Below, in pieces: positions 9,238 through 17,015 of a DNA stretch of 32,130 bases. The DNA lies in assembly GCA_964397315.1 (NCBI GenBank), contig CAYNHV010000017.1:1-32130 (forward strand), written 5' to 3'. The position numbers and the translations under genes were made by a program. The notes under the pieces are model-generated. The model did no database searches and was not told the DNA's origin. It saw nothing but the letters and a program-made list of their open reading frames with translations. Source of the DNA: an uncultured Methanosarcinales archaeon. GTDB lineage: Archaea > Nanobdellota > Nanobdellia > Woesearchaeales > UBA12501. Every line of letters begins with the position of its first letter. Position 1 is the stretch's first letter.

Positions 9238-10278
9238 TTATCCCTCAAATATCTCTGTTCTCTCCTTCTTGTACACGCTGAGGAAGGACATGAAAAAAGC
9301 GAGTATCAGAGGGCCTATGAAAACCCCTATGAACCCCATGAGGGCTATTCCTCCGAATGCCCCCAGCATTATGAGAAGGGGATGCATGCCGGCCCTGTTT
9401 CCTATTATCTTGGGCTTGAGAAGATTGTCCACAGTGGATATTATAAGGGCTCCGACAATAAGCAGACCAGCCCCTTTCCACATGATAACAGAGGATTCTC
9501 CGAGGTACCCCCCCAGCATCTGGAACGCGCCCATCGGCACCCAGACGAGGCCTGTGCCGACAAATGGTATCAGGGCTGCAACAGCCATCATCAGGCCCCA
9601 GAAGAAGGGGGAGTCTGTTGAGTCAAAGACAGCAAAGGCAGCAATGCCTATCACACCCTGTATTATCGCTATTATGAGGGTGCCGTAGATTGTTGAGAAG
9701 AACAGGTCATCTGTCTGTTTTCTCAGCAGCTCCTTGAAGGATTTCTTAAGCGGAAGCGCGTTGCTCAGGTATGCCATTATCTTCTCCCTGTCCCTTATGA
9801 GGTAGAATGTGGTGAATATGAAGATGATTATGTTGAGGAGGAAGCTGGGTATTGAGACTATAAGGGAGGTTGAGATTTTTGAGATTGTGGACATGACGGC
9901 CTTTTTTGTGTCAGGATTCTTTATGGCGGCTACGAGGTAATTGGCTGCCCTGCAGGTTATGCTCCCGCTCTCGCTGCATCTCGCGTCAATGTCCAGCAGT
10001 GTGCCTTTCCTGGTGAGATTGTCCACCTCCCTGTACACTTCCCTGACAAAGAGGGTGGAGAAGAGGCCAATGACAAGTATTATTATGAGCAGGACAGTAA
10101 AGGCAGCGAGGTTCCTGCTTGAGGTTCTCTTCTCCAGCCAGACAGAAAGGGGGTGGAATATGTATACCACCACAAAGCTTGAGAGTATGGCTGTTATGAA
10201 AGGCTTTACTATGAAGAATGAGAGGACAATAACTAAGGCAAAGAATATGAGGAACGCGTATCTGAAGTATTTTTTCAT
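9238..10278 (-). CDS. AI-2E family transporter (UPF0118/PerM)
   Basis: Multi-TM protein; IPFVGTGLVWVP, DNLLKPKIIG, HPLLIMLGAFGG, GFIGVFIGP. Confidence 0.92.
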   Translation of the reverse strand: MKKYFRYAFLIFFALVIVLSFFIVKPFITAILSSFVVVYIFHPLSVWLEKRTSSRNLAAFTVLLIIILVIGLFSTLFVREVYREVDNLTRKGTLLDIDARCSESGSITCRAANYLVAAIKNPDTKKAVMSTISKISTSLIVSIPSFLLNIIIFIFTTFYLIRDREKIMAYLSNALPLKKSFKELLRKQTDDLFFSTIYGTLIIAIIQGVIGIAAFAVFDSTDSPFFWGLMMAVAALIPFVGTGLVWVPMGAFQMLGGYLGESSVIMWKGAGLLIVGALIISTVDNLLKPKIIGNRAGMHPLLIMLGAFGGIALMGFIGVFIGPLILAFFMSFLSVYKKERTEIFEG

Positions 10279-10349
10279 TCCAGCACCGCCTTTTTTTAAG
10301 GAATTAGGAGGGTTTGTTATATAAATTTAGCGGTTAATGCAGCTGGTGC

Positions 10350-10721
10350 CTATTTGACAAATTCCACGCCCGGGAAGCCTCTGAATCCGCTGTCTCCTGT
10401 AAGGAATATTGCTCTTCTTTTGAGGGCAAGAAGGTATCCAATGCAATCCACGTAAGAGAGATTTCTTTTTTTGTTCCTGGACCTGAATATCATTGCCTCT
10501 TTTATTGTTTCATCATCCAACTCAACACAAAAAGGGAGAAACCTCGTATAATATCTGTCTGCTTGTGACTGTCCAGCTTTTATTAATTGGCCATAGAAAA
10601 ACTCCATCAAATTTAATTTAGAGGTTATAATTGATACTTTGCTATATTTCAGGTAATCGGGATTGCCCTGAACAAGTTCATAAAATGCGTAAGTGTCAAA
10701 AAAATATGTATCTAATTCCAT
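10350..10721 (-). CDS. vapC: PIN-domain toxin (VapC)
   Basis: FFDTYAF, NLMEF, LSYVDCIGY, LTGDSGF: acidic PIN residues; overlaps the upstream antitoxin. Confidence 0.9.
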   Translation of the reverse strand: MELDTYFFDTYAFYELVQGNPDYLKYSKVSIITSKLNLMEFFYGQLIKAGQSQADRYYTRFLPFCVELDDETIKEAMIFRSRNKKRNLSYVDCIGYLLALKRRAIFLTGDSGFRGFPGVEFVK

Positions 10722-10921
10722 CCTTCCCTCACCATGTCTTTAAAAGCTTGGCCAGACATTCTGATTTTTGAAGTGCCAAATACATCACTTAAATCTGCCT
10801 TTTTGACAACCTCAAGCAATATTTTCTGCTTGGGTTTAATATGGTTCTTTTCTACAAATCCCTTGGGAAGTATTATGCCTATTGAATTCCCCCATTTTCT
10901 TGCAACAGCTTCAACTGCCAT
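10712..10921 (-). CDS. vapB: AbrB/MazE/SpoVT-family antitoxin (VapB)
   Basis: RKWGNSIGIILPK motif; 69 aa; directly upstream of and overlapping the PIN toxin. Confidence 0.9.
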   Translation of the reverse strand: MAVEAVARKWGNSIGIILPKGFVEKNHIKPKQKILLEVVKKADLSDVFGTSKIRMSGQAFKDMVREGWN

Positions 10922-11007
10922 TTTATCACCCTGTATCGCCTTGATTATATTTGTGTATAATCTATGTATAACTCATATAAAAAGGTTTTGTTTTTTGGGG
11001 ATCAGAA

Positions 11008-11496
11008 TCAGGCCAGATCAGCCATCCAGTCAAACTTGTATTCCTGGACTGTGGGCAGGGATTCCAGGTCTTTTATCATGTCAGTGAATCTCTGCCTTAT
11101 ATGCCTTATTATCTCGTCAAAATCCATGTAGTCCTTTGCGCAAATGCCTATTGTAAAGTCATACTTGCCTGAGTTCTTGGCAACATAGACAATCTGCTTG
11201 TGGCCTTTGAGATAGCTTATCAGCCTTTTCTCCTCCTCAGGCTTTGTGTTGTAGCAGGCCAGCATCACATAAACATACAATGGATATCCGAGCTTCGCAG
11301 GATTGAGCATTGTGTGGTGCTGCCTTATGACTTTCTCTTTCTCCAGCTTTTTTATCCTGTAAACTATGACATCACGGGGCAGGCAGGTATTCTTGCTGAG
11401 CTGGGCTATGCTCTGCCTCGCATTCCTCTGCAGCTGCTCAAGTATCTTCCTGTCCTTTGAGTCAAGCTTTGCTTTCTCTCCTTTGGCCAGCTCCAT
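11008..11496 (-). CDS. Lrp/AsnC family transcriptional regulator
   Basis: LDSKDRKILEQLQRNARQSIAQLS...YRIKKLEKEKVI; NPAKLGY; SGKYD. Confidence 0.92.
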   Translation of the reverse strand: MELAKGEKAKLDSKDRKILEQLQRNARQSIAQLSKNTCLPRDVIVYRIKKLEKEKVIRQHHTMLNPAKLGYPLYVYVMLACYNTKPEEEKRLISYLKGHKQIVYVAKNSGKYDFTIGICAKDYMDFDEIIRHIRQRFTDMIKDLESLPTVQEYKFDWMADLA

Positions 11497-11710
11497 ATAT
11501 TAGCTTAAAATAGGTTATTATTTATAAATCTTTCCTTGTTTTAAGGGATTTTTTAGGGATAAGGTTTTATAGTGAGGGTTTGTTTCCTTTGCTGGGTGGT
11601 GAAATGAAACCAAGAGATTTATTGATGGTCATAGACAGGGCTGATTTTGAGGATTTTGTTTATTTTGGTGTAAGCTTTGATACAAGTGTTAAATATTCCA
11701 GTGATTAAAT

Positions 11711-13069
11711 ATGAAAATAGCTGCGATATTTCCCGGAGACCAGACTGAAGACAGCCTGGGAATAGACAACTGTCTTGACCAGCCATTGGGCATAGCTTAT
11801 GTTGCTCAGGCAGCCGAGGATGCAGGCCATGATGTAAAGCTCTACTACAAGGCTCCAAATCTGGAAGAGATCGCAGACAGGGATGCTCTCGCTTTCTCTC
11901 TTCTCACAAGAGACGTACCAGCAGCCAGGAGATTGTCCAGGCTTGTAAAGCAGGAAAAGCCCGAAACCAGGATAATAGGGGGTGGCTCCCATGTATCAAG
12001 CGAGTATGACATTGCCCTGGAGGACTGGATTGATTATGGAGTTATAGGAGAGGGGGATGAAACATTTGTTGAGCTGCTGGAATGCATTGAAAAGAATAAG
12101 AGCATTGAATCTGTCAAAGGGCTGGTTTATTCTGACAAAGGAGAGCTTGTGTCAACAGGCCAAAGACCGAGGCTGGATCCGACAGGCCTGAGGCCGATGA
12201 GGCATCCTGATTTCTTTAGAGTCTTTGGCAATGATTTCTATGGTCCTCCTGCATCAGAGAGAAGATTTATCCCAATTATCACTTCAAGAGGCTGCACTCA
12301 GGGATGCGAGTTCTGCGACAGCGAGATTATATGGGGGAGGCAGGTCAGGTACAGGACAGCAGAGGATGTTGTAGCAGAACTGGAAGAGATAGGCCCTTAT
12401 AAGCATGATTTCATACATATTGATGATGACAACTTATTCCTGAAAAGGAATAATGCAAAGGAAATAATAAAGGGACTGATAGGAAAAGGATATAATATGG
12501 CCACTCAGGCTGATATCCGGCTTACAGACTCAGACCTGTTAGGGTTGATGAAACAGGCAGGGTGGGTAACTTTACTCTGGGGCATGGAATCAGTGAATCA
12601 GGATGTGCTTGATAAGGCCAAAAAAGGCTCAACACAAGAAAAGATTTATCATTTGATGGAGGAATCCGAGAATCTTGGGATAATCAACCATGGACTTAAC
12701 ATGATAGGCTTTGATTATGAGACAGAAGAGAGCATCCTGGAGATGGGAGGTAAACTGAAGGAATATCCTGTGCATCAGCTAAGGCTGACAATAGTGACTC
12801 CATTTGTAGGCACAAACTTCAGAAAGAGGCTGGAGCAGGCAGGCCATTCTTTTGATCCTGACCTCACAAAGTGGGACACAGAGCATCTTGTGTATGACCA
12901 TCCATCAATAAAACCTGAGAGGATGCTTGAATTAAGGCAGAAAATCATAACAGACTTCTACAAAAGCCCACAGTGGGACAAAAGAATACATGACATGGCA
13001 AAGAATAACCCTCATCTAAAGCAGTCAGTTGATGAGTTCAGGGAGTATATATCTTCTCATTTAATGTAA
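11711..13069 (+). CDS. B12-binding-domain radical SAM protein
   Basis: PLGIAYVA, IIGGGSHVS, GEGDET, TSRGCTQGCEFC (CxxxCxxC), DDDNL, GMES, TPFVGT. Confidence 0.92.
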   Translation: MKIAAIFPGDQTEDSLGIDNCLDQPLGIAYVAQAAEDAGHDVKLYYKAPNLEEIADRDALAFSLLTRDVPAARRLSRLVKQEKPETRIIGGGSHVSSEYDIALEDWIDYGVIGEGDETFVELLECIEKNKSIESVKGLVYSDKGELVSTGQRPRLDPTGLRPMRHPDFFRVFGNDFYGPPASERRFIPIITSRGCTQGCEFCDSEIIWGRQVRYRTAEDVVAELEEIGPYKHDFIHIDDDNLFLKRNNAKEIIKGLIGKGYNMATQADIRLTDSDLLGLMKQAGWVTLLWGMESVNQDVLDKAKKGSTQEKIYHLMEESENLGIINHGLNMIGFDYETEESILEMGGKLKEYPVHQLRLTIVTPFVGTNFRKRLEQAGHSFDPDLTKWDTEHLVYDHPSIKPERMLELRQKIITDFYKSPQWDKRIHDMAKNNPHLKQSVDEFREYISSHLM

Positions 13070-13081
13070 AAAGGCAAAAAG

Positions 13082-13214
13082 CCGACTTGTAAGCTTCGTC
13101 TTGTGTGCTGTCAGAAAAATGCATATAAAATCCCGACTCGCTAAAGCTCGTCTGGGATTTTAAAGCATTTAAAAACCAATTATGCCGACTCACTCCGTTC
13201 GTCTGGCATAATTG
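13082..13214. repeat. Cluster of REP-like imperfect hairpins (core CCGAC...GTCTGG)
   Basis: TAAAATCCC-GAC...GTC-T-GGGATTTTA (13126-13162); CAATTATGCC-GAC...GTC-T-GGCATAATTG (13177-13214); degenerate CCGAC...GTCTTG at 13082; related AATCCCGACTCGC at 32084. Confidence 0.7.
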
Positions 13215-13224
13215 CTTTCTTAAA

Positions 13225-13379
13225 TGGGCCCGACCGGACTTTCGCCAGCACAAAATACATACTGCGCTGTTTCGAACCGGTGACCCGCGCCTCGCTCAGC
13301 ATCCCACTCATGATGATGCATGTAAGGGCGCTGTCATGTGCGGTCTCCTCTGCGGAAATAGCCGCTAGACCACGGGCCC
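13225..13379 (-). tRNA. tRNA-Val(UAC) with three introns (13338-13359, 13293-13320, 13239-13270)
   Basis: Minus strand: GGGCCCG/CGGGCCC-A acceptor, D arm GTCTAGCGGCT^ATGAC, anticodon arm GCGCC-CTTACA^A-GGCGC, T arm ACCGG-TTCGAA^T-CCGGT. Each junction forms a bulge-helix-bulge; removing 22+28+32 nt leaves a 73-nt tRNA with no encoded CCA. Confidence 0.93.
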
Positions 13380-13402
13380 GCAATGCAGAAGTAACCAGGT
13401 TC

Positions 13403-13416
13403 ATTTAAAAAGTTTC
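13403..13416 (-). promoter_or_regulatory. BRE/TATA promoter of tRNA-Val
   Basis: Minus strand GAAACTTTTTAAAT about 25-35 nt upstream of tRNA position 1. Confidence 0.55.
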
Positions 13417-13469
13417 TGCTGGAGAGGGGAAAGCTATATATACCTGAATTTCCTGCTCAGACCATATGC

Positions 13470-13811
13470 TTGCAGTCAGAACTGCTGGGGGATGAGCTTT
13501 ACAGCAAGCTTGCGGGAATAGCGGAGCATATGAAGGATAATTTCAGCATTTTTCCCATGCGCTGCTGTGACTACGCTTCTGAGATGGTAAGAAAGGCCAC
13601 CAGCCTTGAGATTGCCTGGGGCTACATCATAAACAAGGACGGAAAGGGAGAGGAGCACTATTGGAACTGCTCTCCTGAGCTGGGGCTGATAGTGGACCTT
13701 ACTGCCAGGCAGTTCTATCCTGAGCTGGACATTGTTCATATACTGTGCGACAACACACCTGAGGCAGAAGAGCTGTACTGCGAGCTGGGAAACACAAGAG
13801 ACATAGTTTAG
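13470..13811 (+). CDS. Hypothetical protein with a transglutaminase/papain-like Cys-His-Asp signature
   Basis: CCDYASEM...GY...EHYWN...IVDLTARQF. Start uncertain (TTG 13470 or ATG 13530); TATA-like CTATATA at about 13434-13440. Confidence 0.65.
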   Translation: MQSELLGDELYSKLAGIAEHMKDNFSIFPMRCCDYASEMVRKATSLEIAWGYIINKDGKGEEHYWNCSPELGLIVDLTARQFYPELDIVHILCDNTPEAEELYCELGNTRDIV

Positions 13812-13844
13812 AGAATTTTGCAGATGATCATTCTGTAAAAGTTA

Positions 13845-14310
13845 TCCCGAGTTTGCCGCCTCAATGAGTGTGGGGTATAATAATCCCTCCTGATGTTGCC
13901 TCGTCCTTTTTAGAGTTGGGTTAAATAGGTTATGGGTTTGACATAAAGAATGATCATTCCTCCAGAGTTTGCCTCCGCCCTCAGTCCCCCATCAACAGTT
14001 TTAGAGCACTAACTCCCCAAGCCCAGAGCGCACCCAAGCAAATTTATGGGCTGGGCTTATTAGAGGCAGAAGCTGGAAGTTGTGCAGTTTCAGAATTAAA
14101 AAACCTGCCTGGTTGTTCTGGAATAAGGGCGGGAAGTATCATGAGTCATTAACACAATATCCTCTCTGAGGCGGGAAGTACCAGGATTATAATCATAAGA
14201 ATATCGTCTCCCAGAGGGTGGGAAGTACCTGGAATAACCCTCAAAAACACACCTCTTTAATAAGCATAAAAGTATCATCTCCTCAAGGGCTGGAAGCACC
14301 ATGAGTGATC
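13845..14310 (+). repeat. Dispersed intergenic repeat family, copy 2 (four unit cores)
   Basis: GCCCTCAGTCCCCCATCAACAG (13977-13998) identical to 17541-17562; GAAGTTGTGCAGTTTCAGAA (14076-14095) identical to 17636-17655; unit cores at 14127, 14170, 14216, 14287. Confidence 0.85.
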
Positions 14311-14336
14311 AGCAAAAACATATCTCACTTATTTTC

Positions 14337-14939
14337 TCAGTCAGAAATCATTCTCCTGCAGCTCTCTTTAGGCTCCAGAAGCAGGGCCCTGTTATGACAC
14401 ATATACTCTTTGCCGTTCTTTTCCCTGAGAGGGATTATTATGATTCTGTCAGTGCTGCCGTACTTCTCTTTCCATTCAGGAAGGTCAAGCGTGTATTCAA
14501 CAAAGCCGTCGCCATAAAGCCCTTTGGATGTGGACTCATAATTTGACTTATCATTCACCTCAATGTTGAACCAGAGGCCTGGTATGTCATTGTATCCAGA
14601 GCTCCTCAGGTATATGACCGCCTTTCCGTCGCTTGTGTTGTAGCAGCTCCTGAAGCCCAGCATAATCCTGTCATGATCGCACTGCATTGAGTCAAGTATC
14701 TCCTCCCTCTCCTTTGTCACCACAGCCTCTGCAGGCTCTTTGCTGTCAAAGCGCACATCCTCAACAGAGTCTTCTTCCCCCTGCCCTCCATTACCGCCGC
14801 TTCCCTCATCAGGGGAAGGCCTGCTTATGACATCTCCTGTTATGTGCTTAACTTTGGTGTCAGAAGAGCATCCGCTGGCAAGAGCAAGAATCATTACAGC
14901 AGCTGCAAAAAGCAGTAAGGTGAGTGTTGGGGCTCTCAT
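14337..14939 (-). CDS. Secreted/lipoprotein-like surface protein with a beta-rich Cys-containing domain
   Basis: Hydrophobic signal ending LASGC, acidic linker, C-terminal domain paralogous to 14987-15535. Confidence 0.75.
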   Translation of the reverse strand: MRAPTLTLLLFAAAVMILALASGCSSDTKVKHITGDVISRPSPDEGSGGNGGQGEEDSVEDVRFDSKEPAEAVVTKEREEILDSMQCDHDRIMLGFRSCYNTSDGKAVIYLRSSGYNDIPGLWFNIEVNDKSNYESTSKGLYGDGFVEYTLDLPEWKEKYGSTDRIIIIPLREKNGKEYMCHNRALLLEPKESCRRMISD

Positions 14940-14986
14940 TTTCAAGGACTCTCAAAAAAAAATAATCAGCTAAAAATAAAAAAATT

Positions 14987-15535
14987 TCAGCACCTGTCTG
15001 TGTGCTGTATCACAGCCTGGTTCTTGCAGACGCTGTCCTCGCCGTTGACGGTCATTATAGGCCTTATCTCAACCCTGTCAACATTCTGGAACTTGTTTGT
15101 GGGCAGGGTAAGTGTTGCCTGCGCTCCGCCTTCAACTGCCTGCATCTCCGCGTCCTCTCCGACTTTCTCTCCATTGTCGTCGTAGATGTAGTACTGGAAG
15201 CCAAGCAGTGTTCCGCCTCCCTGGTGGAGTATGGTGAACTTGACATTGCCGTCCTCCACCATGCTGCAGGACTTGTATCCTATGGCTGCTGACTCGTCGC
15301 ACTTCGCTTCCTTAAGATCCAGCTGTGTTGTCTCCTGCTCCTGGTCTGTCTCCTGCTGCTCCTCAGGCGCTGTTGTGGGCTGTTGGCCCTCTCCTGTCTC
15401 TGTCTCGCACCCTCCCCTAACGAGGAGAATCACGACAACTATTATGACAAGAGCAATCACGCCCCACAGGAGGGTGTTGTCTTTCTTCTTAGAACTCTTG
15501 TTTGAAGAGTGAGACTTCTTACTTTTCTTTGCCAT
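14987..15535 (-). CDS. Membrane-anchored surface protein, paralog of 14337-14939
   Basis: Basic N-terminus, TM helix, Q/E/T linker, CDE..IGYKSC...DRVEIRPI...CKNQA; GGGGGTG RBS upstream. Confidence 0.78.
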   Translation of the reverse strand: MAKKSKKSHSSNKSSKKKDNTLLWGVIALVIIVVVILLVRGGCETETGEGQQPTTAPEEQQETDQEQETTQLDLKEAKCDESAAIGYKSCSMVEDGNVKFTILHQGGGTLLGFQYYIYDDNGEKVGEDAEMQAVEGGAQATLTLPTNKFQNVDRVEIRPIMTVNGEDSVCKNQAVIQHTDRC

Positions 15536-15740
15536 TTATGCACCCCCTAGTCAGTTTTAAAGGCAAACTCCTTAAAAAATATAGTGATTATATTTAAATG
15601 TTTCTGTTTTGTTTTTAAATAATCCCTGCAGGCAGGCAGGAGGGGTCTAAAGAGGAGGAATGAGGGGAATAACAGAAAAGTATTTAAATAAGAATATACT
15701 GTAAGCATTAAACAAAGAGGGATAAAGAGGGGGATCATTA

Positions 15741-16298
15741 ATGAAGAAAAACATCCTGGCAGCAGCAATAATCCTTGTCGGGCTGCTTGCAGTGCTATCA
15801 GCATGCCAGACCCAGACAGCAGGCGATGGAGGCAGCAGCGAGTGCACAAAACAGGAGGAGTACACTGTCAAGGTCCCTTATAATGATACTGAGTTCTATT
15901 ATGTGAGAGAGGGGGTTGGCAGGCCCACCTGCAAGGAAGAGCCTTACACAAATTTTGACCTCAATGTTGATTCTCTTGGAAAGAGGTGCGTCATAACAGT
16001 CACCAACAACGGCAACATAACAGGGGAATGGATAATAAAGGCAAAGTTCATAACCACGAACGCAGGCGGGGGCCCTGAGTCAGACCCTCTGACAAAGGAG
16101 ATAGCTCCTGGAGAGACAAAGAAGTTTGAATACACCTACGAGCAGTCAGACACTCCGATGTCCTGCACGAATGTCAATGTTAAAGTCCCTTCAGTGGAGA
16201 AGTGCAAGTACACGTTCTACCAGAATGTCACAAAGAAAAGGACTGTGACAAAGTACAGGGAAGAGACAAGATACAGGACAGTCCCTTGTGATGAGTAA
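15741..16298 (+). CDS. Putative lipoprotein with an Ig-like domain
   Basis: MKKNILAAAIILVGLLAVLSAC lipobox-like signal; TVTN.G...G.W...EIAPGETKKF Ig/CARDB-like pattern; six further Cys. Confidence 0.78.
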   Translation: MKKNILAAAIILVGLLAVLSACQTQTAGDGGSSECTKQEEYTVKVPYNDTEFYYVREGVGRPTCKEEPYTNFDLNVDSLGKRCVITVTNNGNITGEWIIKAKFITTNAGGGPESDPLTKEIAPGETKKFEYTYEQSDTPMSCTNVNVKVPSVEKCKYTFYQNVTKKRTVTKYREETRYRTVPCDE

Positions 16299-16310
16299 GC
16301 AGGTGATAGC

Positions 16311-16691
16311 ATGGCCAAAAAAGAGGGAAAAAAGAAAATCAGTAAGGAACAGGAAAGTTCTGACACAATAAGCAGCGTAAAAACCGCTGTCAAGGAGGTC
16401 ATATCATCCAATGTCATAGGCCATGTGAAGTCCTACATGAAAGACCTGGCGCATCAGGCGCAGGACATAGCCTATCAGACAGAGAGGAAAGTTCTTGAGA
16501 ACCTTTTTGCTGCAACAGGCATCCTCATAGGGGGAGTATTCATAGTGCTTGCTGTAGTGTTCTTCATAAACGATTTCTTCATGCTGGACAGGCACTGGGG
16601 ATTTCTCATAGTCGGGCTTGCCCTTGTGGCAGTCTCTCTTATATACAAGAGAAAGATTGAAAAAACAAAATACTATAATTTCAGGAGGTGA
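16311..16691 (+). CDS. Two-TM phage-holin-family (YqjE/Holin-X-like) membrane protein
   Basis: Amphipathic N-terminus, two TM helices separated by HWGFLIVG, basic tail; AGGTGAT RBS. Confidence 0.6.
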   Translation: MAKKEGKKKISKEQESSDTISSVKTAVKEVISSNVIGHVKSYMKDLAHQAQDIAYQTERKVLENLFAATGILIGGVFIVLAVVFFINDFFMLDRHWGFLIVGLALVAVSLIYKRKIEKTKYYNFRR

Positions 16692-16697
16692 ACAAGA

Positions 16698-16991
16698 GTG
16701 GCAGCAAAAAAGAAGTCAGCAAGGAAAAAGTCATCTGCAGGCAAAAGCTCAAAGAAGAGTTCAAAGGCAGAATCTCCATCAAAATCGGATTTCAGGGCCT
16801 ACCAGCAGAAGGCAAGAAGGATGGCAAAGAAGGAGATTGATGCGGCTAAAAAGAAGCTCACCAGCGCGGAAAAGCAGATCTCAGGCTATGCAAAGAAGAA
16901 CCCTGAGAAGGCAATGGCAATCTCTGCTGCAGTGGGCGCTGCAGTAGGCGCAGGAGTTGTAGCTGCGCTGAGGAGGGCAAAGAAGAAGTAG
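16698..16991 (+). CDS. ElaB/YqjD/DUF883-like tail-anchored protein
   Basis: YAKKNPEKAMAISAAVGAAVGAGV C-terminal anchor; K/S/A-rich N-terminus; GTG start after AGGAGGTG RBS. Confidence 0.7.
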   Translation: MAAKKKSARKKSSAGKSSKKSSKAESPSKSDFRAYQQKARRMAKKEIDAAKKKLTSAEKQISGYAKKNPEKAMAISAAVGAAVGAGVVAALRRAKKK

Positions 16992-17015
16992 GCTCTGTTA
17001 TTTTTTATTATCTTC

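Noticed and set aside
13180..13404. 74-aa minus-strand ORF
   Set aside because: It overlaps the intron-containing tRNA-Val; spurious.
14121..14310. Canonical CRISPR array
   Set aside because: Repeats are short and degenerate, spacers resemble each other, the period (~45 bp) is too short and irregular, and no cas gene is in the window.
16311..16691. Provirus suggested by a holin-like gene
   Set aside because: No capsid, terminase, integrase or lysin genes nearby; the family also occurs as cellular YqjE-type proteins.
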